Origin: Microthyrium microscopicum
Taxonomy: Eukaryota
Direction of reading: 5' to 3'
DNA length: 64,000 nt
Assembly (NCBI GenBank): GCA_010405405.1
Contig: MU004231.1
Coordinates: 2,309,860 to 2,373,859, forward strand
Shown here: positions 22,494 to 33,070 of the stretch, one piece after another
How the letters are laid out: each line of letters opens with the position of its first letter
How positions within the stretch are numbered: the stretch's first letter is position 1
Made by a program: the position numbers and the translations under genes
The notes under the pieces: model-generated
The model's input: only the letters and a program-made list of their open reading frames with translations
Told to the model about the DNA's origin: nothing
Databases searched by the model: none

Positions 22494-23264
22494 ATGCCAT
22501 CTAACACTGTGTATGTTATCACTGGCGCCAACCGTGGTATTGGCCAAGGTTTGGTGGAAACCTATCTCAGGCGGCATGCTAGCACAGTCGTCGCTGTAGT
22601 TCGCAGTGATTCAGCATCAACCTCCCTGTGGGCCGCGGCAGAAAATTTCACTAGAGGTACGGACAGCATACTGCACATCATTGTCGCCAATTTCTCTCAG
22701 CCATTATCGCCCCAGGCTGGGATTGATACCTTTAAAGCAGCCACCGCTGGGCTGGATCACATCGATATCCTGATCTGCTCTGCCGGCCACAACCCGCGAA
22801 TGTGTCCTACCATTGAAGTCACAGCCGAGGAATTACGCGAATCCTTCGAGATTAATACCATTCTGCCTCTCACCACTTTTCAAGCTCTATGGCCTTTGAT
22901 GAAGGGGAGTACTGCCACTGCTGGCCCCAAATTCATCGTGTTGTCCTCATCGATGGGGTCGATTGGAGAGATGGAGCAGTTCCCAGCAGGCGCATACGGC
23001 CCAAGTAAAACCGCCATCAACTACATCATCAAGTCCCTACATATGCAAATGGCTCAGAATGGTCTGATTGCGGTTGCCCTTCATCCCGGATGGGTTCAAA
23101 CAGATATGGGGCACTTCGCGGCACAAGAATGGGGACACGAGGCTGGTCCGCCTCTTACACCGAAGGAAAGTGTTGCCGGAATACTGCGGATCATAGACGA
23201 TGCAACTCGAGAAACATGTTCTGGCAAGTTCATCGGCCATAATGGCGAAGAGATTGGGTGGTGA
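22494..23264 (+). CDS. Short-chain dehydrogenase/reductase (norsolorinic acid ketoreductase/CsgA-like)
   Basis: TGANRGIG Rossmann motif, SSSMGS, catalytic YGPSK and LHPGWVQTDMG. Confidence 0.92.
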   Translation: MPSNTVYVITGANRGIGQGLVETYLRRHASTVVAVVRSDSASTSLWAAAENFTRGTDSILHIIVANFSQPLSPQAGIDTFKAATAGLDHIDILICSAGHNPRMCPTIEVTAEELRESFEINTILPLTTFQALWPLMKGSTATAGPKFIVLSSSMGSIGEMEQFPAGAYGPSKTAINYIIKSLHMQMAQNGLIAVALHPGWVQTDMGHFAAQEWGHEAGPPLTPKESVAGILRIIDDATRETCSGKFIGHNGEEIGW

Positions 23265-23873
23265 GAATATTTTCCGAACAGTCGATTCTCTAAGCGCGGT
23301 GCCACTGTCTTTCACAATTGATTTCATTTTTACTTTGTCAGACAACCTAGCCTGTATTGATTGCCGAATACCTCTCATTAGACACTGGACTCGGAGTACA
23401 GCCCTCAGTATTTTGCTGTCCAATGTATTTATCAAATTTATATATCTTTCAAGTTCGATGGACATTCAGCAGAGGCAGTCGCGGCACACAAGAGTGACAA
23501 GCTACCTTAGGGAAATGATACCTTCACTGTTCTCCAGGACCCAAGTGGATACTGTGTTAGTGACTGGAATATGAGGCGATATATTGGAAGGTAAACAGAT
23601 TGCAGGTCGCTCCTCGATGCAAAGTGAAAGATCAGACAGTACCTTTGGCCGATTACAGTAGTGACGCGCACAAAACATCACCACCTAAATTTCCCCACTT
23701 GCAGCATCGAATTAGTTTATTTCCTTGCCCAACTCTAACCCCAAAGTTTGTCTTCCCCCCATCCACCATCTTCCTCCACCTTCTACTCGAGACTTCATAT
23801 TCTCCGCGCTTTGCACAACCTTTTGAACCGAGATCCCGAACAACTGAGAACATCTTGAACATCTCGACCTCGA

Positions 23874-23957
23874 CCCTCGACCCTCGACCCTCGACCCTCG
23901 ACCCTCGACCCTCGACCCTCGACCCTCGACCCTCGACCCTCGACCCTCGACCCTCGA
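23874..23957. repeat. Heptamer microsatellite (CCCTCGA)12
   Basis: 12 perfect copies ending 20 nt before the RIO1 ATG. Confidence 0.97.
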
Positions 23958-23977
23958 CACAGCCCACAACCACAGCC

Positions 23978-25630
23978 ATGCCTACGGCCATTGAGCCCAA
24001 CGATAGCGCTCTGCTCCAAGCAGAAGAAGACTACAATTCTGACGACTACTATTCCGAATCAGAAGTTTCCGATCATATCCTTCACGAAGACATCTCCTCA
24101 TCAAATCCTGCCGACTACACGAAATCCTACAATCGCGCTCGAAAGCTGAACGATCCTTCCATACCCGCCCAATACAAGCCAAAAAAAAATCTTGCGCATG
24201 GCGACCCCACCGCTCCCCAAAAATCTAGATTGAACACACAACTTCGCGTCGATGATCAGCTAGCGAGTTTGAGCAAGCATGCTGCCAAATTACGGGTTGA
24301 TGACCTAGAGATGCCTGACGCGCCTCATAGAAAAGGTCGTGATCGCGCGGAACGTGCGACTGTGGAGCAAGCACTTGACCCCAAGACTCGCATGCTCCTG
24401 CTCCAGATGATCAACCGCAACATTGTTTCTGAGATCAACGGATGTATAAGTACTGGGAAAGAGGCAAATGTCTACCACGCTGTCACCATCTCGGACGACG
24501 AAGAACAGGCTACACTCCACCGAGCCATCAAAGTATACAAGACGGCCATTTTGGTTTTCAAGGATCGTAACAAGTATATTTCCGGCGAGCATCGTTTCCG
24601 GTCCGGATATCAGCGCGGCTCCAACCGAGCCATGGTGAAGTTATGGGCAGAAAAGGAAATGCGCAACCTCAATCGTCTCTATGCTGCTGGAATTCCTTGT
24701 CCTGAACCCATTTACCTGCGTCAACACGTCCTACTGATGCAATTTCTTGGTGACAAGAAAGGATACCCAGCTCCACGATTGAAGGACTTTGAATTTGAGG
24801 GCGACGAATCCGAGCAGCATGCTCAATGGCACGACTGCTATTTCACATGCCTCGGTCATATGCGGGCCATGTATCAAACATGCAAACTTGTCCACGGCGA
24901 TTTGTCGGAGTACAACATGCTGTTCTACAAAGGCAAACTTTACATAATCGACGTAAGTCAAAGTGTAGAGCACGACCATCCTCGCTCTCTAGAGTTTCTT
25001 CGCATGGATATCAAGAACGTGCGGGACTTCTTCGCGAGAAAGGGTGTCAATGTACTGTCTGAACGCGAAGCCTTCGAGTTCATCACCAATCACAAAGGCG
25101 CCGTTGAGACGGATGCGATGAAAAATCGTCTAGAAGAAATTGAAAAAGGGCGCGACGCGCGGAGTGACGAGGAGCGTGATCGTCTGGAGCTTGAAGACCA
25201 AGTGTTCCGCGAGCAATATATCCCGCAGACGCTTGATCAAGTCTATGATGTCGAGCGGGATACAGAACAGATACAGCGTGGTGAAGGCGATTCGCTCATC
25301 TACCGCGAGCTTCTTGGTAACATGGGAGTCGCCACAGGCGCAGAGGTACCAGAAGATGAGGACCACGACGACTCTGAAGATGATGAAAACGAAAGTGCGT
25401 CCAACGGCGACCATGAAGATTGGGACGACAAACAACCGCGTGGCCATCGTTTCGAAGACAAGGACGAGAAGAAGGTACGTGAGCCCAGAACCTCACATTA
25501 CAACGCTAACATTTAGTAGGCTCGTAAAGAGCAGGCCAAGGCCGAGAAACGAGAGGCGCGAAAAAAGAAGATGCCGAAGCATCTCAAGAAATCCATCGTT
25601 ACTAAGACTGCTAAGCCAAAGCGTCATTAG
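23978..25630 (+). CDS. RIO1: Atypical protein kinase Rio1
   Basis: STGKEANVY, AIKVYKT, WAEKEMRNL, LVHGDLSEYN, IIDVSQSVEHDHP. Intron 25475-25519, then a Lys-rich tail KMPKHLKK. Confidence 0.96.
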
Positions 25631-25890
25631 ATAAATGTTGTAATGTGTAATTGCTTATGATGCTACCCGAACCCCCTATTTATGAACCTTCAAAACTGCT
25701 GCTGCTTGAATGATGAAGCTTTTAGGTCGAGCTGGCCGGGATGCCTTCTGGAACCCGCTAGTATCAGACAACCGATTCAATCAATGATGATCAAAGAGAG
25801 CACTGACAAGCGACGATAGACTCATGTATTGCCCTTGCTTGTTTGTGAACCTTTCCAATAATATTTCCTACTATTTCACGTACACTTGTC

Positions 25891-27677
25891 TCACAGGTTT
25901 GCCTCAGACTGTGCCAGAGGTTCAAACTTCGGAGCCGGCGGCGAAAGAGGCTGGATACCCAGTTTCGAGAGTGTCCCTAACCATTTTATCAGTATTGCTA
26001 ACGCAAAGAATGTAGCAACTTTCGATCTTACCGTCTAGACCCAAAGCCCTCCCAAAAGCGCCCTGCTTTACTCCTGGTCCCCATCGCAGAGACTCTCCTC
26101 CATTCGACATGGCCTGATTGCCTACTGCCAGAGACATAGACGCTCTTGTAACTGGCTGCAACTTTTCAAACTCTATCTCAGACGCAGCTCGGCCATCTTC
26201 AGCAGCAAGCATCTGCGCGAATATATTTTTGGCTGCGATCTTCCCCATATTCCCTGCCGGCCCGGAACGTTTAATACCTGACCAAGACACTACATCACCA
26301 GCAGCGTAGATCACATCGGAATTCTCTAAATCTTCTGGAAATTGCAATCTAGCACTTATTAGTCGAGTTTGTGACGGCTGGCGGAGTTCTTACGTGTCGC
26401 GCGTTTTATAACAGTCATCCTTCATCCAATGCTGGCTCGGCAGAAATTTTGTGTTTGCGCCCTGTTGGACGGCCGTAAAAATTGCTTTATTAGCGAACAT
26501 CGTCTCGCCATTTGACAGAGTAAGTTCCACGCCGCCGTCCACGTTTTTGTTGCCAGTTACTCGCTGGCCTAAAATGACATTCACGCCGGATTCGCGTACG
26601 AGATCTGCTGCTTTCGCTTTGAAATCATCGGGTAGGTCTTCAGCGCTCAGCAGCTGGGATCTCGAATGGATTAGAGACACGTCAGCATTAGGGAAATGGA
26701 CCTTGGTTTCCGCGGCCATTTCGATTCCGACAGCACCTAGATCTGTGTCAGCCAAAATCCATTGCATAGATTGCGTGTATCGTACCTCCGCCAACTAGCA
26801 CGATCTTTTGATGCTGACCCAGCTCGTTTTCTAGTTTCTTGACATCTTTCAGGTATTGATCACGAAACATCGCAGTAGGAACTACTGGCGCTGTTCGCGC
26901 CATGCCAGTCGCCACAATTAGGTAGTCGTAAGGTATCGATTTGAGTTCGCCAGCGGGGGTTTTGTAATCCATTTTCTTAGCCGCTTCGTTAAGCGAGGTG
27001 GCCTTTCCGTGTACGAATGAGACATCTGTATAGCCCTCTTTCGTCTTTATGATATGTTGGAACGGGACCCAGAACTCCCAGGCAATATTGCTGGAAATCA
27101 TGCTTAGTGGTGCGCCAACCAAGTGGTAGAAACCGTCTCGCTCGTCTAGGATGGTGTAACGAGGCTTAACATTTAGAGGTCGAATGTGCTTCAGTGGTCC
27201 TGATGTTGGAGCTGGTGCTGGCTCAGCTGTTGCTCCATTCGTTGCTCCATTCGTTGCTCCATTCGTTGCTCCATTCGTTGCTCCATTCGTTGCTCCATTC
27301 GTTGCTCCATTCGTTGCTCCATTCGTTGCTCCATTCGGTCGGCCATTTGGTCGTCCTGGGCCACCATTTGGTGTAGCACCAACTTCGCGAAGAGGAGCAT
27401 AGCCTCCACCACCTCTCCCGGGACCTCCACGTTTACCTCCCCTGCCACCCTCTTGTGGTGCTTTTCCTTGGCTCAGACTTATGAGCTGGTTTAGAGCATT
27501 CAGACCCGCATAGGAACCGCCTACAATGAGAACATGAGGCTGAGGAGACATGTTGCAAGTGGGAATACTAGACGAGAATTGACGAGCGAAGAACGAAGGA
27601 GTCCAATTATTGGTCACGAAGGAAGAGAAAAGAGTAGTGTTTCCTAGACGGCTAAGAGCGGTGCCGACTGAATTCAT
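25891..27677 (-). CDS. AIF/AMID-like pyridine nucleotide-disulphide oxidoreductase
   Basis: IVGGSYAG, DERDGFYHLVGAP, YDYLIVATG, VLVGG|GAVGIEMAAE, LIHSR, YAAGDV. Three introns; alternative ATG at 27551. Confidence 0.88.
27229..27336. repeat. Coding 12-bp tandem repeat x9 encoding (NGAT)9
   Basis: GTTGCTCCATTC x9, perfect. Confidence 0.97.
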
Positions 27678-28011
27678 ATGGGGAAGATCTAGAGCTAAAT
27701 GGTAGGGAGGGCTTATCAGATCTTTATATACTTTATCAATCTATACAGGGGTTTGCAGGCAAAGTAGCCGATAGAATTCTATTTAGATGCCGTTGCCCCA
27801 TTTTTAATTGCTCAGAGACGGGAGGCGGCGTAAGGCAACTGTCGCCATTCGCTGTCCGAATTGGCCGAGTCCGAGACCGGCTGTATCTTCAATTTTTTGG
27901 AATATCCTTGGAGTCTGGACGCGTCAATTCAATGCTTTCCTCTTGTTGATTCTCGGTCTTGTAACTCTTGCTAGTCGGACACGGAACGTATTCCTTGCTC
28001 TATCACGGCTA

Positions 28012-29136
28012 TCACGGCTCCTTTCCGAGTACCTGCTTCGCTATCCATTTTGCCGTCTGCGTGTGTAAACTCCCTTCAATCTGCTTCCCAGCCTCGTCGC
28101 GTCCAACATCGATTTCGCAAGGTCCATCAGCCAACGCTTCAAACACCACAAGTTGATCGCGCATATACTCATCCACACACCCACCATGTCCAATCTCCAT
28201 CTCCAACTCCTCCGTAACCCGATCCACCAGTTTCCTTGGTATCGCGTCCAGATTCTTCAAGTTATTCTTCTGATCGTATAGCCAATCCCTCCCCAGCCGA
28301 TGCCCATTCTCCGTCACAGCCACAAGCAGCAGATAAAACCTCTTCTCGTGCCCACTATCCTCCACTGTAACCTCTGTCTCCTCCGCGCCCAGTCTTGTCT
28401 TGAAATACCCCTTCTGTTGTGCAAGCTCATGCTCCATCTGCCGTCTACATTGCCTGGGCACCAGCGCGTATGCTTCTACCCGTTGCACGTCTCCGCGCTC
28501 AACCAGCGACCATGGTGACAACGGCTCGCCGAACGGCAGTGGTGTCACTTTAAATTCGACGGATCCCATCTGCGGTCTTCCGGTGCTCCAGCCGCGCTTC
28601 TGCAGGGTCGCGGTTATCGTCGGGAGGCCTATTTTGGCCAGCGTTGGTAGTAGGACGTGCTGGATATATTCAAATGATGGGCTCTTGGAGACGTTGGTGC
28701 CGCCAGATATCGTCACTTTGATTGCTGCCCGATTTGGCTGTTGCAGTGCGTGCAGGGCGCCGCCGAACAGGAGATATGGAAGGATTGCCTGAAATACCAG
28801 GGCGACGCTGCCGGGACTGCCAATGTCAATTTCGCTGCGTAGTTTGGTCCGATCAGCTGCGGCCTGAGTTGGAGGGATGGGTTGGGGAGTAAAGGTGAGT
28901 GTTTTGCTGCTGCGGCTCGCGCCTTCCAGGTCGGCGGAACAGGCTTCGGCGAGCCATTCGACGGCTCGGAGATGCTGGAGTTTCAGACCACCGCCGCCGC
29001 CGCGATTACCTCTGATGGAGGTTATATGGAGTGGTGTATGGGTGAGAGCCCCAAGTCCCATGGCGAGGCGTAGAAGTTGCCCGCCACCTTCGAGGTGCGT
29101 TCCTGGGATATGGAGTGGCTTTATGCGCGGCATCAT
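28012..29136 (-). CDS. RTCA: RNA 3'-terminal phosphate cyclase (RtcA type)
   Basis: LEGGGQLLR, IRGNR, QHL, GGTNV, VDEYMRDQL and SLHTQTA (candidate adenylated His). Confidence 0.88.
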   Translation of the reverse strand: MMPRIKPLHIPGTHLEGGGQLLRLAMGLGALTHTPLHITSIRGNRGGGGGLKLQHLRAVEWLAEACSADLEGASRSSKTLTFTPQPIPPTQAAADRTKLRSEIDIGSPGSVALVFQAILPYLLFGGALHALQQPNRAAIKVTISGGTNVSKSPSFEYIQHVLLPTLAKIGLPTITATLQKRGWSTGRPQMGSVEFKVTPLPFGEPLSPWSLVERGDVQRVEAYALVPRQCRRQMEHELAQQKGYFKTRLGAEETEVTVEDSGHEKRFYLLLVAVTENGHRLGRDWLYDQKNNLKNLDAIPRKLVDRVTEELEMEIGHGGCVDEYMRDQLVVFEALADGPCEIDVGRDEAGKQIEGSLHTQTAKWIAKQVLGKEP

Positions 29137-29681
29137 GATGTGATAGCGCTTCAAAGGTTTGTTTGGTTTGTTTGGCTGATAAAGTAGAGTAGGTTGTGGT
29201 GCTAGTGGTTGGTGGTCTTTGTTTGATGCTCAACCAACTTTAGAGTTGATGTGACTGCTCGTTTTATTCTTCAAATCCAACACAATCTTGAAAGATGAAC
29301 GCTTACTTATATTTGTTTTAGAGGTCAAAGTCAAGTGTTGACGCATCGCTTTTCGTACGAAATATCCATTGGTAAATCCTACAGTCTACAGGTTGCGAGG
29401 CTATGCAGTCGGCGGTGACCCAAATTAGACTGCAGAGTCATCACTCAAATACTCTGCCACTATCAAAACCGAAAATAGTGAATCAAGAAGGGGCTTTCTG
29501 GAATCCAAACTTCATGACAATGCATTACGCCAGATTATATTCTGTCAAGTTGATATTGGGATGTAAGCCATTCTACTACATCTCCTACTACACAAAACTC
29601 CCCCATGTCATGTATTCACGGCACCCATTGGACTACAGAAAGACAAAACTTTGCCTAAAACTATCACCGCTGTTTGCCGAC

Positions 29682-30626
29682 CTACTCAGAGTGCTCTGAG
29701 ATTGGCAATACCGTTGGAGTGTCTGGTACCAATGATGCGGCTGCCACTGGAACCAAAACATAACACGGACCGTAAGGCCCAAGCCGAATGGAAACATTCA
29801 TATCCTTCTCCTTTACAAAACAGGCCAGCCTGGTATTATTTGGGAGTAACTGCATTCCCGTTAGTCAAATTTCATTTAAGACATTTCAGCATCAATCATG
29901 ACATTGTCCGACTCTGGCACAGAAGAAATAGGTAGGTACTTACTGGTAGCATGCCACGGATATCTGTAGTTTCCCTATCTCTTGGCCATATGATCAAAGA
30001 TTGTGATTCATGATCTCGGTGGCCTGAAATTATTCGGTGGCCTGAGCGTATTGGTTTGTAACGACATATTTTGTTCGGTACTCTAATGGCGATACAGGGC
30101 GTGAATGGCCCGCGAGCCCGCTTTGTGAAAGAACTTGGAGTACTGTCCCAGATACGCAAACCATCCCATGCCGTTTGAGCTGGGCCATAGACGAGGAATT
30201 CTGAGCAAATTTCTGGTGTAGCAAAGAGGGTTGGTGGAACTGGTTCGAATCTATGCTCGTAATTGATAGGTATTGGAGGGTCTGGTAGTTCTTCAGCAGG
30301 GCCGGGTTAACAACTACTGCTATCTTCAGATTCTCTATGAACATACCAGAGTTTTCTACGGCTTCATAGAACTCTTGAAACACGTCTGGGCGCAGTTGCA
30401 TAACTCCACCGGAAATCTGGTTCAGTTCAGTCTTGCACTGCGGCATATTACGATTGCGTGCGGTAGGTCTGGTGATCCTGTTCTCATGCAACTCAAGTAC
30501 TAAGTAATACGTCGGATTGGCAGGGCAGTGTATTTCATCCGCAATGTTTTCTTGACATCAGGTCAGCCTGTACAAATACGTTGGGCAGGAGCATAAAGCG
30601 AGTATGTATACGGCTGTGATACACAT
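29682..30626 (-). pseudogene. Three-exon 'MC' family protein E with one in-frame TGA at codon 23
   Basis: MCITAVYILALCSCPTYLYRLT*CQE...HCP...QCKTELNQISGGVMQLRPD. A phase-1 GTATGT intron starts at 30346, and a second GTAAGT...CTAAC...CAG intron lies near 29940-29850. The last exon reads ...SIRLGPYGPCYVLV...*. Confidence 0.65.
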
Positions 30627-31237
30627 TTTGACACGAGATGCGCTGATTCGATACTTGAGATCTTGTGGAAAGATCAGAAACTGCAATAATGATATGATAT
30701 AACTATAAATACCCGTATTTCAAGGCCTGAGATCGGATGCTCAGTTGAAAGAGTTGTGGTCATAGTGTTGAGGTGCTCTGATCATTGTGTTCTGGTGTTC
30801 AAATCATAGGTTGTAGAGTTCTGGCCACGATACTCCAGCCATGGTGTTCATGCTAGCTTGTTCTTTGTGGAGAGGCAGGCTCTGCCCGTGTCACGGTACA
30901 TTTCTTGGGGGCTTTCAGTGATATCAAACTCATCGTAGCTTCCATTGCCTTGAGTGGCTACCTATCTTACGAAGTATTTATGGTCCAGTGCTATGGCTCC
31001 CATCACATTTGATCGGAGAATCGTACACAGGTAGTAATAGAGTTCAGTGAGCTAGAGGATCAAATCCGCATATCTCTAACCAGATTTTGATGTATATCAA
31101 ATAGCTGGTTTTGCCATAGTAATCGATAGGCACTATCGCACTTCATGAGAGAATTGTGCTAATAGCAATGACCAAGCCAGACGATCCAAATTGCATCTTT
31201 CTGACCAAAATTTGTAGCACACTACTTATTCGCTTTT

Positions 31238-31785
31238 CCCATCGTATGCGGTGAGCGCCAGCGCACTCAATGGGTTGAATTGTAGTATCAGCAATGAGCA
31301 GGCCAGATAATCCATATTACATATTTCTGACTAGAATTCAAGGATAATAAATGTTCGTTTCTCCCATCTTATGCGGTGGGCCCATTGAAGTCGATGGGAG
31401 CATTGCATTGACTCCAGTGAGTAACCGGATGAATCCAAAAGTGCACATTTCCGACTAGAAAATAAAGCATAATTAAAGTTAGTTCTTCCCATCGTATACG
31501 GTGGGCGCCATCGCACTCGATGGGAACATCGTACTAATAACAGCGACTTCAGTGAGTAACCGGATGCATCCAAAATTGCACATTTTCGACTAGAATTTAA
31601 AGCATAATAAAAGTTAGTTCTTCTCATCGTATGCGGTGGGCACCATCGCACTCGATGGGAGCATTCTACTAATAGCAGTGAGTAAGCCGGATGCATCCAG
31701 AATTGGATATTTCGAACTAGAATTCAAAGCGTGGTAAATATCCGTTTCTCCCATCGTACTCGATGGGCGCCATCACACTCGATGG
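31238..31785. repeat. Tandem array of ~125-135 bp units, each with a ~37-nt hairpin of two CCATCG-N4-CG(A/G)TGG dyads
   Basis: Hairpins start at 31238, 31363, 31488, 31623 and 31750. The intervening sequence is also homologous (CAGTGAGTAA, GGATGCATCC, CTAGAA). Confidence 0.92.
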
Positions 31786-32016
31786 CTCCCATGGTAAAAC
31801 CGGTTTGGAATCTTATACTAACAAATTGGAAAGAGGCTGATCAGGCTGTTCTGTCATCATAACTTATCTGAAATGCAAGAGCCATCATGAACCAATTCTA
31901 TCTCATATAACTACAGAAAATTTACATATTGAGACAGGAAGTTGCTACTATAAAAGCGACTTTATGATCCATCCTACCACTCATGTCAACTCTAGCTAAT
32001 GACTTCTATCCCGCCG

Positions 32017-33070
32017 TTATATATTATTTTCAATCTCGTGGATTGCCACAAGTACATAATCGGCACCAGCAAGCCGTATAACTTCTTGTACCCCGAAAGG
32101 AAGCACATTGAACAATACATGGTTTCTCGGAATGCATTCTTGTCCTGGCGGAAGCGATAGTTGTCGAGTCCAAACCGTACTGTAGTGTTCTACAGCTCCC
32201 GATTCGTGATGTCGCACAACCTGTGCTGGAATACTGATATAAACAGCCCTGACCGTTGGAAGGGCATGATCAACGTGGTGAAAAGGTGCATGACCTAGTA
32301 TCTGTTAGTACAAATGTACGAAAGAGTGTTGTTTCTCAAAGCTGACACGTGCTGAAAGTCTCGTTTGGACTTCTCAGGACGAGTCATCAAGGTCTATGGA
32401 GGAAGAAATCAAGGCTTTCGGAATTTCTCTCGACATTCGATCACATCGTTTGAAGGCCATCGCATTCGATGGGAGACATCGAATGCGATGGGCGCCAGGA
32501 CGTGTTTAGCTGCATTTGGGGCTATCAAGAAATGTGGGCTGGCATGTGGATTTCTTACCATTGCGCACTGGTATAATCTGCGGTATCGTCGCGTATTGGA
32601 TGGTTGTTGCTTGTAGGCGATTCAGTACAGGCCAAGTCGCCATGATAATGGGCCGGGCAGAGTCGAATGTAAACGCATCCGGGGAAAAACTGGTATAGAC
32701 ACCGACGGTATTGAGCTGCGGTAGTCCTCGCTCTATGGAAAGTTAGATCGCTGAAAGGGGCCTTTCTTGTTCAGGACGTACCATGCCCATCCACGACCGT
32801 ATGGTAAGACTGGATGATATCAGGGCGCAGCATAGCAAGTCTGCCGTGTATTTGGTTTCTCTCCATTTCACAAGGTGGCCTATACATGGGATCTGTCTGG
32901 CTTCTATCCCCATGCATTTCCCATATCAGTCGGTAGGTTTGTCTTGTTGGACAGCGAGTGGATGGATAATTCTGTGTGGCATCTCCACAAGTGTTGTGAA
33001 GTGTCTCTTGAAAGGCGATTCGGGTCTCGCAGCCGCAAAAGGGAAACATGTATACCTTTATGACGCACAT
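32017..33070 (-). CDS. Three-exon 'MC' family protein F (246 aa predicted)
   Basis: Exons 33070-32782, 32732-32559 and 32294-32017 join in frame through GTACGT...CTAAC...TAG and GTAAGA...CTAAC...TAG introns. MCVIKVYMFPFCGC...TC...RCP...PCEMERNQIHGRLAMLRPD. Confidence 0.7.

Noticed and set aside
22494..23264. Secondary-metabolite gene cluster around the SDR
   Set aside because: No PKS, NRPS, terpene synthase, transporter or cluster regulator is nearby.
23600..23977. N-terminal extension of Rio1 and antisense (VEGRGSR)n ORFs
   Set aside because: Artefacts of the stop-free heptamer tract; the ATG at 23978 has a good context.
27184..27448. ORFs with (VAPF)n, (MEQR)n and (LLHS)n
   Set aside because: Alternative frames of the 12-bp coding repeat.
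20955..30560. Stop-codon reassignment or selenocysteine
   Set aside because: Conserved genes in the window terminate normally at TAG and TGA, and Sec is not established in ascomycetes.
31331..31696. 121-aa minus-strand ORF
   Set aside because: It is a translation of the tandem repeat units, with no independent coding evidence.
31238..31785. CRISPR array (palindromic repeats at regular spacing)
   Set aside because: The intervening sequences are homologous to each other rather than unique spacers, the repeats are degenerate, the context is eukaryotic and there are no cas genes.
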